Shown here: positions 41,663 through 49,679 of the stretch, in pieces
How the letters are laid out: each line of letters starts with the position of its first letter
Numbering within the stretch: position 1 is the first letter of the stretch
NCBI GenBank assembly: GCA_031256955.1
Contig: JAIRPP010000008.1
Span: forward strand, 161,472 to 225,471
Origin: Candidatus Methanoplasma sp.
Lineage (GTDB): Archaea > Thermoplasmatota > Thermoplasmata > Methanomassiliicoccales > Methanomethylophilaceae
DNA length: 64,000 nucleotides
Direction of reading: 5' to 3'
Translations under genes and position numbers: made by a program
Notes under the pieces: generated by a model
Databases searched by the model: none
What the model saw: only the letters and a program-made list of their open reading frames with translations
Told to the model about the DNA's origin: nothing

Positions 41663-42399
41663 ATCAGATCCTCCTCCGCGGTCTCCTTCTCCCCCGCCCT
41701 GCGGTCCAAGACGAACTTGAGCGGCCTCAGGACGAAGTACGGTATGAAGAACAGCGAGTACGCCCACAGGCTCTCCGCCGCGCTGGCGGCGTGGTGCCCT
41801 CCGGACATCGCCACGTAGAATATCACCACTACATGCACGTACAGCCCCACGTAGAACAGGTAGGACCACTTCTGCAGCGCCTTCCACCTCTTGGCGGAGA
41901 ACAGCCTCCTGACGGAGTAGAACGACGTGATCAGCAGCGGGATCATCAGGGCTATGAGTATCAGCGAGTCTATGGACGCGACCGCGTACAGCCCGTTGCC
42001 CCTCATGCCCATGGGGTTAGTGAACAGGTTCACGAAGAGGTTGGCGTACTGCGCGTTGTGCCCGAGCGAGAATATGCACCCCACCACCGACAGCTCCGCC
42101 CTGACGTAGCGCAGGGCGCGGGTCAGGCGCCATTTCCTAGGCAGCACGCCCACATACATCACGATCACGAACACCGCGACGGACAGCGCCCCCTGCGTCA
42201 GCGGCCGGGCGAAATACGTCCTGAACCATTGCGGCCAATCCACCTGGACTCCGTGCATTCCCGCGCCGACTATGAACGCGGTCAGCGCCGCGAAAGCTAT
42301 GTAGACTATCCAGGACCTCTTATGCACCTGCTTCTTCAGCAGCAGGAACGCGGCCGTCAGGGCCAGCGCTACCGCCATCGCATTTAGGAAAGTTATCAT
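41659..42399 (-). CDS. Ferric reductase-like (MsrQ-like) transmembrane protein
   Basis: Multiple TM helices; RAELSV...LGH, LLITSF..VRR...WKALQKWSYLFY...YVH. Confidence 0.8.
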   Translation of the reverse strand: MITFLNAMAVALALTAAFLLLKKQVHKRSWIVYIAFAALTAFIVGAGMHGVQVDWPQWFRTYFARPLTQGALSVAVFVIVMYVGVLPRKWRLTRALRYVRAELSVVGCIFSLGHNAQYANLFVNLFTNPMGMRGNGLYAVASIDSLILIALMIPLLITSFYSVRRLFSAKRWKALQKWSYLFYVGLYVHVVVIFYVAMSGGHHAASAAESLWAYSLFFIPYFVLRPLKFVLDRRAGEKETAEEDLI

Positions 42400-42420
42400 C
42401 TTCTTCCTCCGTTGCCGGGT

Positions 42421-42499
42421 CACAGGGCGAGATCCGCTGCCAACAGGCGGGCCTCAAAAAAACCCGCCCTGCATCGCTCGACGATGCTCAGGCTCTGTG
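42421..42499 (-). promoter_or_regulatory. Structured 5' leader (candidate cis-regulatory RNA)
   Basis: Closing stem CACAGAGC/GCCCTGTG encloses two hairpins; TATA-like TTTATA near 42526-42531. Confidence 0.4.
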
Positions 42500-42672
42500 C
42501 TCCTGCGGGGTCAACCTTTGTTGCGTATAAATATTTAGGGGCCCCTAAGTTTTCAATGGGCGATCTGGCGCCCGACGCTCGGGCGGAATGGGAGTTGCGA
42601 GAAAACGCGAGCGAGATGGGCGGGAGGGGGCCGACCGCGCACGGGGCCCCGCTCCCCGTTTGAGAAGGCGGC

Positions 42673-42888
42673 TCACCTGAAGTCCTGAATCGCGTTCTGG
42701 CGGGCGGGCTCCAGCGGCTTGAACCCGCAGACGGAGCACACCTTCTCCTTGGCCCATACGCAGTAGACTAGGTAGACCAGGCCCACTATGACGGTGAGGA
42801 TCAGCAGCACGATGAAGATCACCCAGTTTATCTTCGCCTTGTCGAGCACGTTCTTGCCACATCTGGGACAGAATCTGATTTCAGACAT
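42673..42888 (-). CDS. Small LITAF-like zinc-ribbon membrane protein
   Basis: CPRC - hydrophobic hairpin - CSVC. Confidence 0.8.
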   Translation of the reverse strand: MSEIRFCPRCGKNVLDKAKINWVIFIVLLILTVIVGLVYLVYCVWAKEKVCSVCGFKPLEPARQNAIQDFR

Positions 42889-42902
42889 GGATCCGTGTAT
42901 CT

Positions 42903-42916
42903 GGGGGGGGGGGGGG
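42903..42916. repeat. G14/C14 tract between a TATA-like box and the start of the LITAF-like gene
   Basis: Minus strand AAAAAGTATTTA-C14-AGATACACGGATCC-ATG. Confidence 0.88.
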
Positions 42917-43041
42917 TAAATACTTTTTGGTAGGTCCGCGACGGATCCGGCCCGATTGGGAGCTCGGGACAAGAATAATAAGCGCCATGCGGATGCCCCC
43001 GGCATGAGCTGGAGGGGACGGCGCTGAGAATCAAGAACCCT

Positions 43042-43392
43042 ATGAAGTCGAGCGACAAGCCCAGGATGTGGGAGATATGGCTGGCGGACGTGGAGTTCGA
43101 GGGCGCGCCCGGGCACAAGAAGAGGCCCGTGCTGGTCCTCGGAGCGAAAGCGGGCGGCATCGAGCTGATGGAGATCACCAGCCAGCCCATCCGCCGCACG
43201 TTCGCGGACGTGGAGGTCCCGGGGACGGTGGACACGGGGCTCGAGAAGGACTCCATTATCCGCACCGGCCGCAGGAGGACGGTCCCGAGGGAAGCGATGA
43301 TCCGTAGGCTGGGCGAAGTGGCGGACGAGCCCACCAAATCACAGGTCAGGAAGGCGGCGAACTTCTTCGAGACATCTAAGGAAGACGATTGA
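43042..43392 (+). CDS. PemK/MazF-like toxin family protein
   Basis: WEIWLADVEF...KKRPVLVL...ITSQ...TGLEKDSII...RRLGEV. Confidence 0.75.
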   Translation: MKSSDKPRMWEIWLADVEFEGAPGHKKRPVLVLGAKAGGIELMEITSQPIRRTFADVEVPGTVDTGLEKDSIIRTGRRRTVPREAMIRRLGEVADEPTKSQVRKAANFFETSKEDD

Positions 43393-43499
43393 CGCTCCGC
43401 GCGGGGGATGCCGCCTCGCAGACGCGCTCTGCGGTCGGGATTCGGATGCGGATCTGAATAATCTTTAAATATGCCTCTGCAATAGTCGGGTCGATTAAA

Positions 43500-43880
43500 A
43501 TGGCTCTTTGGCAGGGAAAGTCTAGAAGGAAGCCCACTGGCGGGAGGCTCGTCTCCAGCAGGGGCAAGAGGAGATTCGAGATCGGCAGGGAGAAGCAGTA
43601 CACCAAGCTCGGCACGCAGTCCCTGAAGCAGTACCGCACTGTCGGCGGCGATGTCAAGGTCGGAGTCCTCGTGGCGGAGTACGCCAACGTGGTCGACAAG
43701 AAGACCAACGCCGTGAAGAAGGTCAAGATCCTCAACGTCACGCACAACCCCGCGGACCCCAACTACGTTCAGCGCAACATAATCAACAGGGGAGCGCAGA
43801 TAACAACGGAGCTCGGGGACGCCATCGTCACCTCCAGGCCGGGACAGGACGGCGCGATCAACGCTGTGCTGGTCCAGTGA
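43500..43880 (+). CDS. rps8e: 30S ribosomal protein S8e
   Basis: MALWQGKSRRKPTGGR...VTSRPGQDGAINAVL. Confidence 0.97.
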   Translation: MALWQGKSRRKPTGGRLVSSRGKRRFEIGREKQYTKLGTQSLKQYRTVGGDVKVGVLVAEYANVVDKKTNAVKKVKILNVTHNPADPNYVQRNIINRGAQITTELGDAIVTSRPGQDGAINAVLVQ

Positions 43881-43962
43881 GACCCATCCCGGGCCTGCCC
43901 CCGGGCAACCATGTCCTTCCGCGACATTCTTAACCTCTTTTCACATATACGGAGTCGTTACC

Positions 43963-44259
43963 ATGGCATATGATAAGGACACCGCGATAGTCGTCTGGCC
44001 CGAATACTTCGACGCGGGCCGCACCCGGAGCGAGGGCAGGCGCCTTCCCAAAAAGCTGTGCGTCGCCGAGCCCAGCCTGGACATCATCGCCAAGGGAGCC
44101 ATGTCTCTCGATCTGGAGTACGAGGTCCTCGAGGGCAAGGCCTATCCCGCCGACTGGGCGGCCAAGCGCGGGTGCGTGCGCATAGAGCGCGGGAAGATGC
44201 CCAAGACGGCGATCCTCCCCCTGATCGGAGAAGTGCTCGTAAAGAACCAGAAGAGATGA
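43963..44259 (+). CDS. srp19: Signal recognition particle 19 kDa protein
   Basis: VWPEYFDAGRTRSEGRRLPK, KAYPADW. Confidence 0.93.
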   Translation: MAYDKDTAIVVWPEYFDAGRTRSEGRRLPKKLCVAEPSLDIIAKGAMSLDLEYEVLEGKAYPADWAAKRGCVRIERGKMPKTAILPLIGEVLVKNQKR

Positions 44260-44261
44260 AC

Positions 44262-45665
44262 ATGATCTCCCCACTCGACGCGGCAGTCCTGGACGCCAAC
44301 TCCGAAGAGCTGGGGGTCTGCGTCGGCGACCTCATGAGGAACGCGGCGGCGGCCGTCGCAGGTGTTTTGAGGGAGAGGTTCGCGGGCGAGAGGATCGCCT
44401 TCGTCTGCGGGAGCGGCAACAACGGGGGCGACGGCATAGTCGCCGCCGGAATGACCGACCCGAGCCTGACGGCCGTGTTCCTTTTGAAGCCGGCGGGCGA
44501 GATCCGCTCGACTGTCGCCAGAGAGGCCCTGTCCAGGCTCGAGTGCCCGGTTCGCATGTACGAGAGGGGCGTTTTGGACGGGTTCGGGGTCCTGGTGGAT
44601 TGCGCGCTCGGGACGGGGTTCAAGGGGAGCGTGAGGGAGCCGTACCTGTCGTACATATCTGATTCCTCGTCCTTCGGCGGGAAGATCGTGTCCGTGGACG
44701 TCCCGTCCGGCTTCGGCTCGGGCGATGCCGTCTCCCCCCACGTGACCGTAGCCCTCCACGACGTCAAAACAGGGATGACCGAAGACGATTGCGGCGAGAT
44801 CATCGTGAGGGACATAGGGATCCCGGAGGACGCGTGGCGCGTCGTAGGGAGGGGGGACATGCTCAGATACCCGATCCCGGGCAGGGAGAGCCACAAGGGG
44901 GACAACGGGAGGGTCCTGGTGATCGGGGGCGGCGCGTTCTACGGCGCGCCCGCCATGGCCGCCATGGCCGCCCTCAGGACGGGGGCGGACCTCGTGCGCA
45001 TCGCGGTCCCGGAGAGCAGCGCCGGGCTGACCGCCTCCTTCTCCCCGGTGTTCGTAGTGGAAGAGCTGGAGGGGGACAGGCTGTCCCCCGCGCACGTGGG
45101 CCGCCTTCTGGAGGCGTCCAAGTCGCACGACGCGGCCGTCATAGGGCCCGGGCTGGGCACGTCCCCGGAGACCATGGAGGCTGTCAGGGAGTTCGTATCC
45201 GGGTGCGGCATCCCCGTGGCGGTGGACGCCGACGGCCTGACCGCGCTCGGAAGGGATTTCAAGGCGCATGGGACCGTGGTGCTCACGCCGCACTCCGGCG
45301 AATTCTCCCGCCTGGGCGGGGACCTGTCGGAGGGGCGCATGGCGGGCGCGTCGGATCTCGCCGCGAGAACCGGGGCGACGGTGCTGCTCAAGGGGCCGGA
45401 AGACGTCATAGCCGGCGGAGGCGGGACGAGGATCAACGCATCGGGCACGCCTGCCATGACGGGGGCCGGGACCGGCGACGTGCTGTCCGGGATAGTCGGG
45501 TGCCTTTTATCGAAGGGGCTGAGCGGGATGGACGCGGCCGCGCTAGGCGCATACATCTCAGGCAAGGCGGGGGAGATGGCGTTCGGAGAGCTCTCCTACG
45601 GCCTGATCGCGACCGACGTGATCTCGCGCATACCCGCGGTCCTGCGCGACGGGATCGGGAGATGA
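44262..45665 (+). CDS. nnr: Bifunctional NAD(P)H-hydrate epimerase/dehydratase
   Basis: CGSGNNGGDG, DCALGTG, VDVPSG, SHKGDNG, IGPGLG, DADG, LTPHSGEF, GTGDVLSG. Confidence 0.94.
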   Translation: MISPLDAAVLDANSEELGVCVGDLMRNAAAAVAGVLRERFAGERIAFVCGSGNNGGDGIVAAGMTDPSLTAVFLLKPAGEIRSTVAREALSRLECPVRMYERGVLDGFGVLVDCALGTGFKGSVREPYLSYISDSSSFGGKIVSVDVPSGFGSGDAVSPHVTVALHDVKTGMTEDDCGEIIVRDIGIPEDAWRVVGRGDMLRYPIPGRESHKGDNGRVLVIGGGAFYGAPAMAAMAALRTGADLVRIAVPESSAGLTASFSPVFVVEELEGDRLSPAHVGRLLEASKSHDAAVIGPGLGTSPETMEAVREFVSGCGIPVAVDADGLTALGRDFKAHGTVVLTPHSGEFSRLGGDLSEGRMAGASDLAARTGATVLLKGPEDVIAGGGGTRINASGTPAMTGAGTGDVLSGIVGCLLSKGLSGMDAAALGAYISGKAGEMAFGELSYGLIATDVISRIPAVLRDGIGR

Positions 45666-45666
45666 C

Positions 45667-46446
45667 ATGGACCTGCAGCCGATCCACGGCGTGCCCGCGC
45701 TGATGGCTGGGGACTGCCTGATAGTCACCGACCTGCACATAGGGCTCGAATCCCATCTCAGATCCAAGGGGTTCCATATAGCCTCCAGGACGGAGGACAT
45801 GCTGGAATCCCTCATCGGGGCGGCGGGCTCGGAGGCCAGGAGCCTGATCGTCTTGGGAGACGTGAAGGACTCCGTGCCCGGATCCACCAAGCAGGAGTAC
45901 GGGGAGATCCCGGTGTTCTTCGAGCGCCTCCTGAACCGCTTCGACGAGGTGGGGGTGGTCCGCGGGAACCACGACACCATGATAGAGGACTTCCTCCCGG
46001 ACGACGTCCGCGTCCATCCCGCGACGGGCATAAGGATCGGGGACGTCGGGCTCGCCCACGGCCACACCTGGCCGTCCGCGCGCGTGATGTCCTCGGAGAC
46101 GCTGGTGATGGGGCACGACCATCCGGCGGTCATGCTGACGGACGGCGCGGGGGGGAGGTCCACCGAGCCGTGCTGGGTCAGGGGGAGGTTCGCGAGGGAG
46201 TCCTCGGACAGGTACGAGAGGCTGCCGAAGGGCTTCGTGATCGTCCCCGCGTTCAACAGGATGCTCGGAGGGTCCCCCGTGAACGTGGAGGGGGAGCCGC
46301 TCCTGGGGCCCGTGATGGGCGGCGATCTGCTGGACATCGATGGGTCCAGGGTCCACCTGCTGGACGGGATAGACCTCGGAAGGGTGTCCGACATACGGAT
46401 AGGCGCGCCGGAGAGCGGGTTCCGCAGGCGCAGAGTGAAAAAATGA
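45667..46446 (+). CDS. ICC-like metallophosphoesterase
   Basis: TDLHIG, LGDVKD, RGNHD, HGH, GHDHP, VPAFN. Confidence 0.88.
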   Translation: MDLQPIHGVPALMAGDCLIVTDLHIGLESHLRSKGFHIASRTEDMLESLIGAAGSEARSLIVLGDVKDSVPGSTKQEYGEIPVFFERLLNRFDEVGVVRGNHDTMIEDFLPDDVRVHPATGIRIGDVGLAHGHTWPSARVMSSETLVMGHDHPAVMLTDGAGGRSTEPCWVRGRFARESSDRYERLPKGFVIVPAFNRMLGGSPVNVEGEPLLGPVMGGDLLDIDGSRVHLLDGIDLGRVSDIRIGAPESGFRRRRVKK

Positions 46447-46468
46447 AAAAGTGGGAGGTCGCCCTCCC
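46446..46468 (-). terminator. Hairpin plus T-tract after mvhA
   Basis: GGGAGG/CCTCCC stem followed by T-runs on the minus strand. Confidence 0.6.
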
Positions 46469-46476
46469 GTTTGAGC

Positions 46477-47994
46477 TCAGTTGCGGGCGACGGTGTCGAA
46501 GACCTCTCCGTCCTCGTACCTTATCACGGCCCTCAGGGGCATCTGCCCGGGCAGGCTGTGGGTGGCGCACGAGTTGCAGGGGTCGTAGGCCCTGAACGCC
46601 ATCTCGACCATGTTGAGCAGCCCGGGGGAGACCTCGAAGTTCTTGATCAGCCCCTTCGCCGCCTTGACGGTGTCCATGTTGATCGGGCCGTTGTTGTTGG
46701 TCGTCCCGACCACGAGGTTGCACGCGGTCACGATGCCGTTCTCGTCGCAGGTGTAGTCGTGCGTCAGGGTGCCTCTCGGCGCCTCCACGCAGCCCACGCC
46801 GCGCCCTCCGGCCTTCAGGTCCTTCTGCTTTATGTTGGCGTCCGTCAGGTCGGGGCTGTAGGCGTCCTGCTGGAGCTTCTCCGCGGCGAACAGCAGCTCT
46901 ATGATCCTGGCCCAGTGGGTGGCCAGCGTGAACTGGACCGGCCCCTCTACGCCGAGGCTCTTGAAGAGCGCCTTGTACTCCTCGAAGGCGGCCTGCGCCT
47001 TGGGCGTGGATATGCTGTCCGAGACGTTGAGCCTGGAGAGCGGGGTGGCGCGGTACATGCCGCTGTCCTTCCCGTCGACGAGGCCCTTGTACCCGGGCTT
47101 CCTCAGGTAGGGGAACTTCTCGTACGACCACGGCTCGACCGCCTCGCCTATGTGGTCGAGGTAGTCCTTCGGGTCGTACTTGTCGTGCTCCTTGCCGTCC
47201 TGGCCCACGACCCTCACGGGGCCGTCGTGGAACTCGAGCTGGTTCTTGCCGTTGACGAGCCCCATGTGGTAGGTCTCGTTGTAGAAGAGGTCCTTGTTGG
47301 TTATGATGTCCACGTACTCCTTGTTCTCGAGGACCACGCTCTTGAACACCCCCAGGGACGTCTCGGCGAACTTCACGAGCTCGTCGGAGTATCCCTGGAT
47401 CTCCTTGGCCTCCTCCTTGTTGACGGCCTTGCTGACTCCGCCGGGGACCCCCATGAGGGGGTGCGTGGGCTTCCCGCCGATTATGGCCTGGATCTTCTGG
47501 GCCTGGGCGCGCGCCTTGAGCACCGCCGCGCCGAGCTCCAGCCCGACGCGGGCGACGACCCCGAGGACGTTGCGCTCGGCCGCGGGCGCGGCCGGCCCGC
47601 ACACGAAGTCCGGGGCCGCCAGCGCGTAGAAGTGCGCTATGTGGCTGTGGACGAAGTGCGCGTGATAGAAGGTGTCCCTGAGCAGGAACGCCGCCTCGGT
47701 GGGCTTGGCCCCGTAGCACCCGTCGATCGCCTTGGTGGAGGCGAGGTGGTGTGCGCCGGGACAGACCCCGCAGAGCCTGGCGGTTATCTGGTTGAGCTCG
47801 GTCACCTTCCTGCCTATGCAGAACCTCTCGAAGCCCCTGACCTCGGGGACCTGCCAGTACGCGTTGCTGACGTTGCCCTTCTTGTCGAGGAATATCTCTA
47901 TCTTCCCGTGGCCCTCGAGACGGGTTATCGGGTCGATGGTCACCCTGTCGGTGCTGACCTTCTTCTTCTCATCCCATATTATAGGTCCGGACAT
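46477..47994 (-). CDS. mvhA: F420-non-reducing [NiFe] hydrogenase large subunit
   Basis: DPITRLEGHG, RGFE, RLCGVC, EAPRGTL, RAYDPCNSCATH. Confidence 0.95.
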   Translation of the reverse strand: MSGPIIWDEKKKVSTDRVTIDPITRLEGHGKIEIFLDKKGNVSNAYWQVPEVRGFERFCIGRKVTELNQITARLCGVCPGAHHLASTKAIDGCYGAKPTEAAFLLRDTFYHAHFVHSHIAHFYALAAPDFVCGPAAPAAERNVLGVVARVGLELGAAVLKARAQAQKIQAIIGGKPTHPLMGVPGGVSKAVNKEEAKEIQGYSDELVKFAETSLGVFKSVVLENKEYVDIITNKDLFYNETYHMGLVNGKNQLEFHDGPVRVVGQDGKEHDKYDPKDYLDHIGEAVEPWSYEKFPYLRKPGYKGLVDGKDSGMYRATPLSRLNVSDSISTPKAQAAFEEYKALFKSLGVEGPVQFTLATHWARIIELLFAAEKLQQDAYSPDLTDANIKQKDLKAGGRGVGCVEAPRGTLTHDYTCDENGIVTACNLVVGTTNNNGPINMDTVKAAKGLIKNFEVSPGLLNMVEMAFRAYDPCNSCATHSLPGQMPLRAVIRYEDGEVFDTVARN

Positions 47995-49251
47995 TCAGTT
48001 CCCTCCTTTCTCGGTGACTGACCTCTTGATCAGCGATTTTCCCATGGTGTAGGCGTAGAAGTACCCGAGCGGGTCCCTGATCGTCGACATCACGTCTATG
48101 ATCTGGTCCTCCCCGCACGTCGGGTCCTCGTCGAGCACCGGGAACAGGGACGCGATCGCCGTGAGGGCGCTCGCGCCGTGCTCCTGCACGGCGACGGTGG
48201 GCCCGTAGCATCCCCTGCAGGGCTGGCCCGCCGAGGTGCACCTCGCGTTGCATCCGCCGACCGTCGCCGGGCCCAGGCAGAGTATCCCCTGGTCCATGAG
48301 GCACAGCTCCGGGTCCACGTCTATCTCGTGGGGCTCCACGATCTTGGAGACCCTCCTGAACTCCTTGCGCCTGTGGCACTGGTCGCAGAGGGTCTTGGTG
48401 ACCACTCCGACCGTGGTCCCCTTGGGGGGGAGCGCCACGCCGTTGTAGAGCAGGTCCGCGACGGCCTTCAGCAGGTGGGAGATGGACTCCTGGAGCGGGG
48501 GGCAGCCGGGGACGTAGTAGTCCACGTCGATGACCTGGTCGAGCGTCTTGACGGTGTCGTACAGGACGGGCAGCTCGAGGTCCCCCTCGGGCGCCTTGAC
48601 GTGGCTCTGCGGGACGACGGGGGAGCCCTTGTGGTAGTCCGCCTGGAAGTTGGCCGTGGACGGCACCTTCGTGTACACGTAGTCCAGGATCTCGTCCTTG
48701 CCGCCCTTCACGAGGTTGGCGAGGGCGGGGGACCCGCCGAAGCACGCGCAGGTCCCGTAGGACACCACGATGGCCGACTTCTTCCTGAGGAGCTTGACCA
48801 TGTGCTCGTTCTCGGAGTTCCTGACCGCGCCGGAGATGATGGACACGGTTATGGACCCGTCCTCCATCGCGGCGATGTCCTTCTCCTTGCCGTCGGCGGC
48901 CACGGGCCACATGACTATGTTCGCCATGTCGCCGACGGTCAGGACGCCGTTGTTGATGTCGAGTATGGACACGTCGCACCCGCCGCAGGCCGCCGCCCAG
49001 TATATGGCGAGGTTTATCTTCCCGCCGGGCGGCGCGCCCAGGCCGAACTTGTACGAGACGAGCGGCTGCCCGGACTCGACGAGGTCGGAGAACGCGAGCT
49101 GAGACGCCTCGACGCTGGCGGCCGTCTTGCCTGCGCACGAGGCGGCCTCGGCCTTGTGGGACTTGGGCGCCTCCGCCTTGGGGGCGGGGGCGGCCTTCTT
49201 CTCTTCCTTGGGCTTTGCCTTCTTGGATCTGAATCTGTCTAGGAAGCTCAT
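47995..49251 (-). CDS. mvhG: F420-non-reducing hydrogenase small subunit with N-terminal extension
   Basis: ACGGC, GTCACFGG, PGCPP, LCDQC, CLGP...GC...C...PCRGCYGP. Confidence 0.93.
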   Translation of the reverse strand: MSFLDRFRSKKAKPKEEKKAAPAPKAEAPKSHKAEAASCAGKTAASVEASQLAFSDLVESGQPLVSYKFGLGAPPGGKINLAIYWAAACGGCDVSILDINNGVLTVGDMANIVMWPVAADGKEKDIAAMEDGSITVSIISGAVRNSENEHMVKLLRKKSAIVVSYGTCACFGGSPALANLVKGGKDEILDYVYTKVPSTANFQADYHKGSPVVPQSHVKAPEGDLELPVLYDTVKTLDQVIDVDYYVPGCPPLQESISHLLKAVADLLYNGVALPPKGTTVGVVTKTLCDQCHRRKEFRRVSKIVEPHEIDVDPELCLMDQGILCLGPATVGGCNARCTSAGQPCRGCYGPTVAVQEHGASALTAIASLFPVLDEDPTCGEDQIIDVMSTIRDPLGYFYAYTMGKSLIKRSVTEKGGN

Positions 49252-49674
49252 TTACTTCTCCTCCTGAACGAGCGGGGTGGGACCGAGCTTCTTGATCGTG
49301 TCCACGAATCCCGTGAGCGTGGTCTGGAACTTCTCCCCCTCCGAGGCAGAGACCCATTCGAGCTTCAGCCTCTTGGGGTCGAACCCGTACTGCTCGAGCA
49401 CGAGCCTGAGGAGGGCGATCCTCCTCCTGGCCCTGTAGTTGCCGCCTATGTAGTGGCAGTCCGCCGGGTGGCAGCCCAGCACTATCACTCCGTCCGCGCC
49501 CTTGGAGAGCGCCCTGAGGACGAACTCGGGGTCGACCCTGGCGGAGCACATGGTCCTGATTATGCGGAAGTTGGTCGGCATCTGGAGCCTCGCGACCCCT
49601 GCGCCGTCTGCCCCCGCGTAGGAGCACCAGTTGCAGCAGAACGCCACTATCTTCGGTTCGAATTCTTCTGACAT
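49252..49674 (-). CDS. mvhD: F420-non-reducing hydrogenase [2Fe-2S] subunit D
   Basis: FCCNWCSYAGAD, MCSARVD, GCHPADCHY, WVSASEG. Confidence 0.97.
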   Translation of the reverse strand: MSEEFEPKIVAFCCNWCSYAGADGAGVARLQMPTNFRIIRTMCSARVDPEFVLRALSKGADGVIVLGCHPADCHYIGGNYRARRRIALLRLVLEQYGFDPKRLKLEWVSASEGEKFQTTLTGFVDTIKKLGPTPLVQEEK

Positions 49675-49679
49675 CTAGC

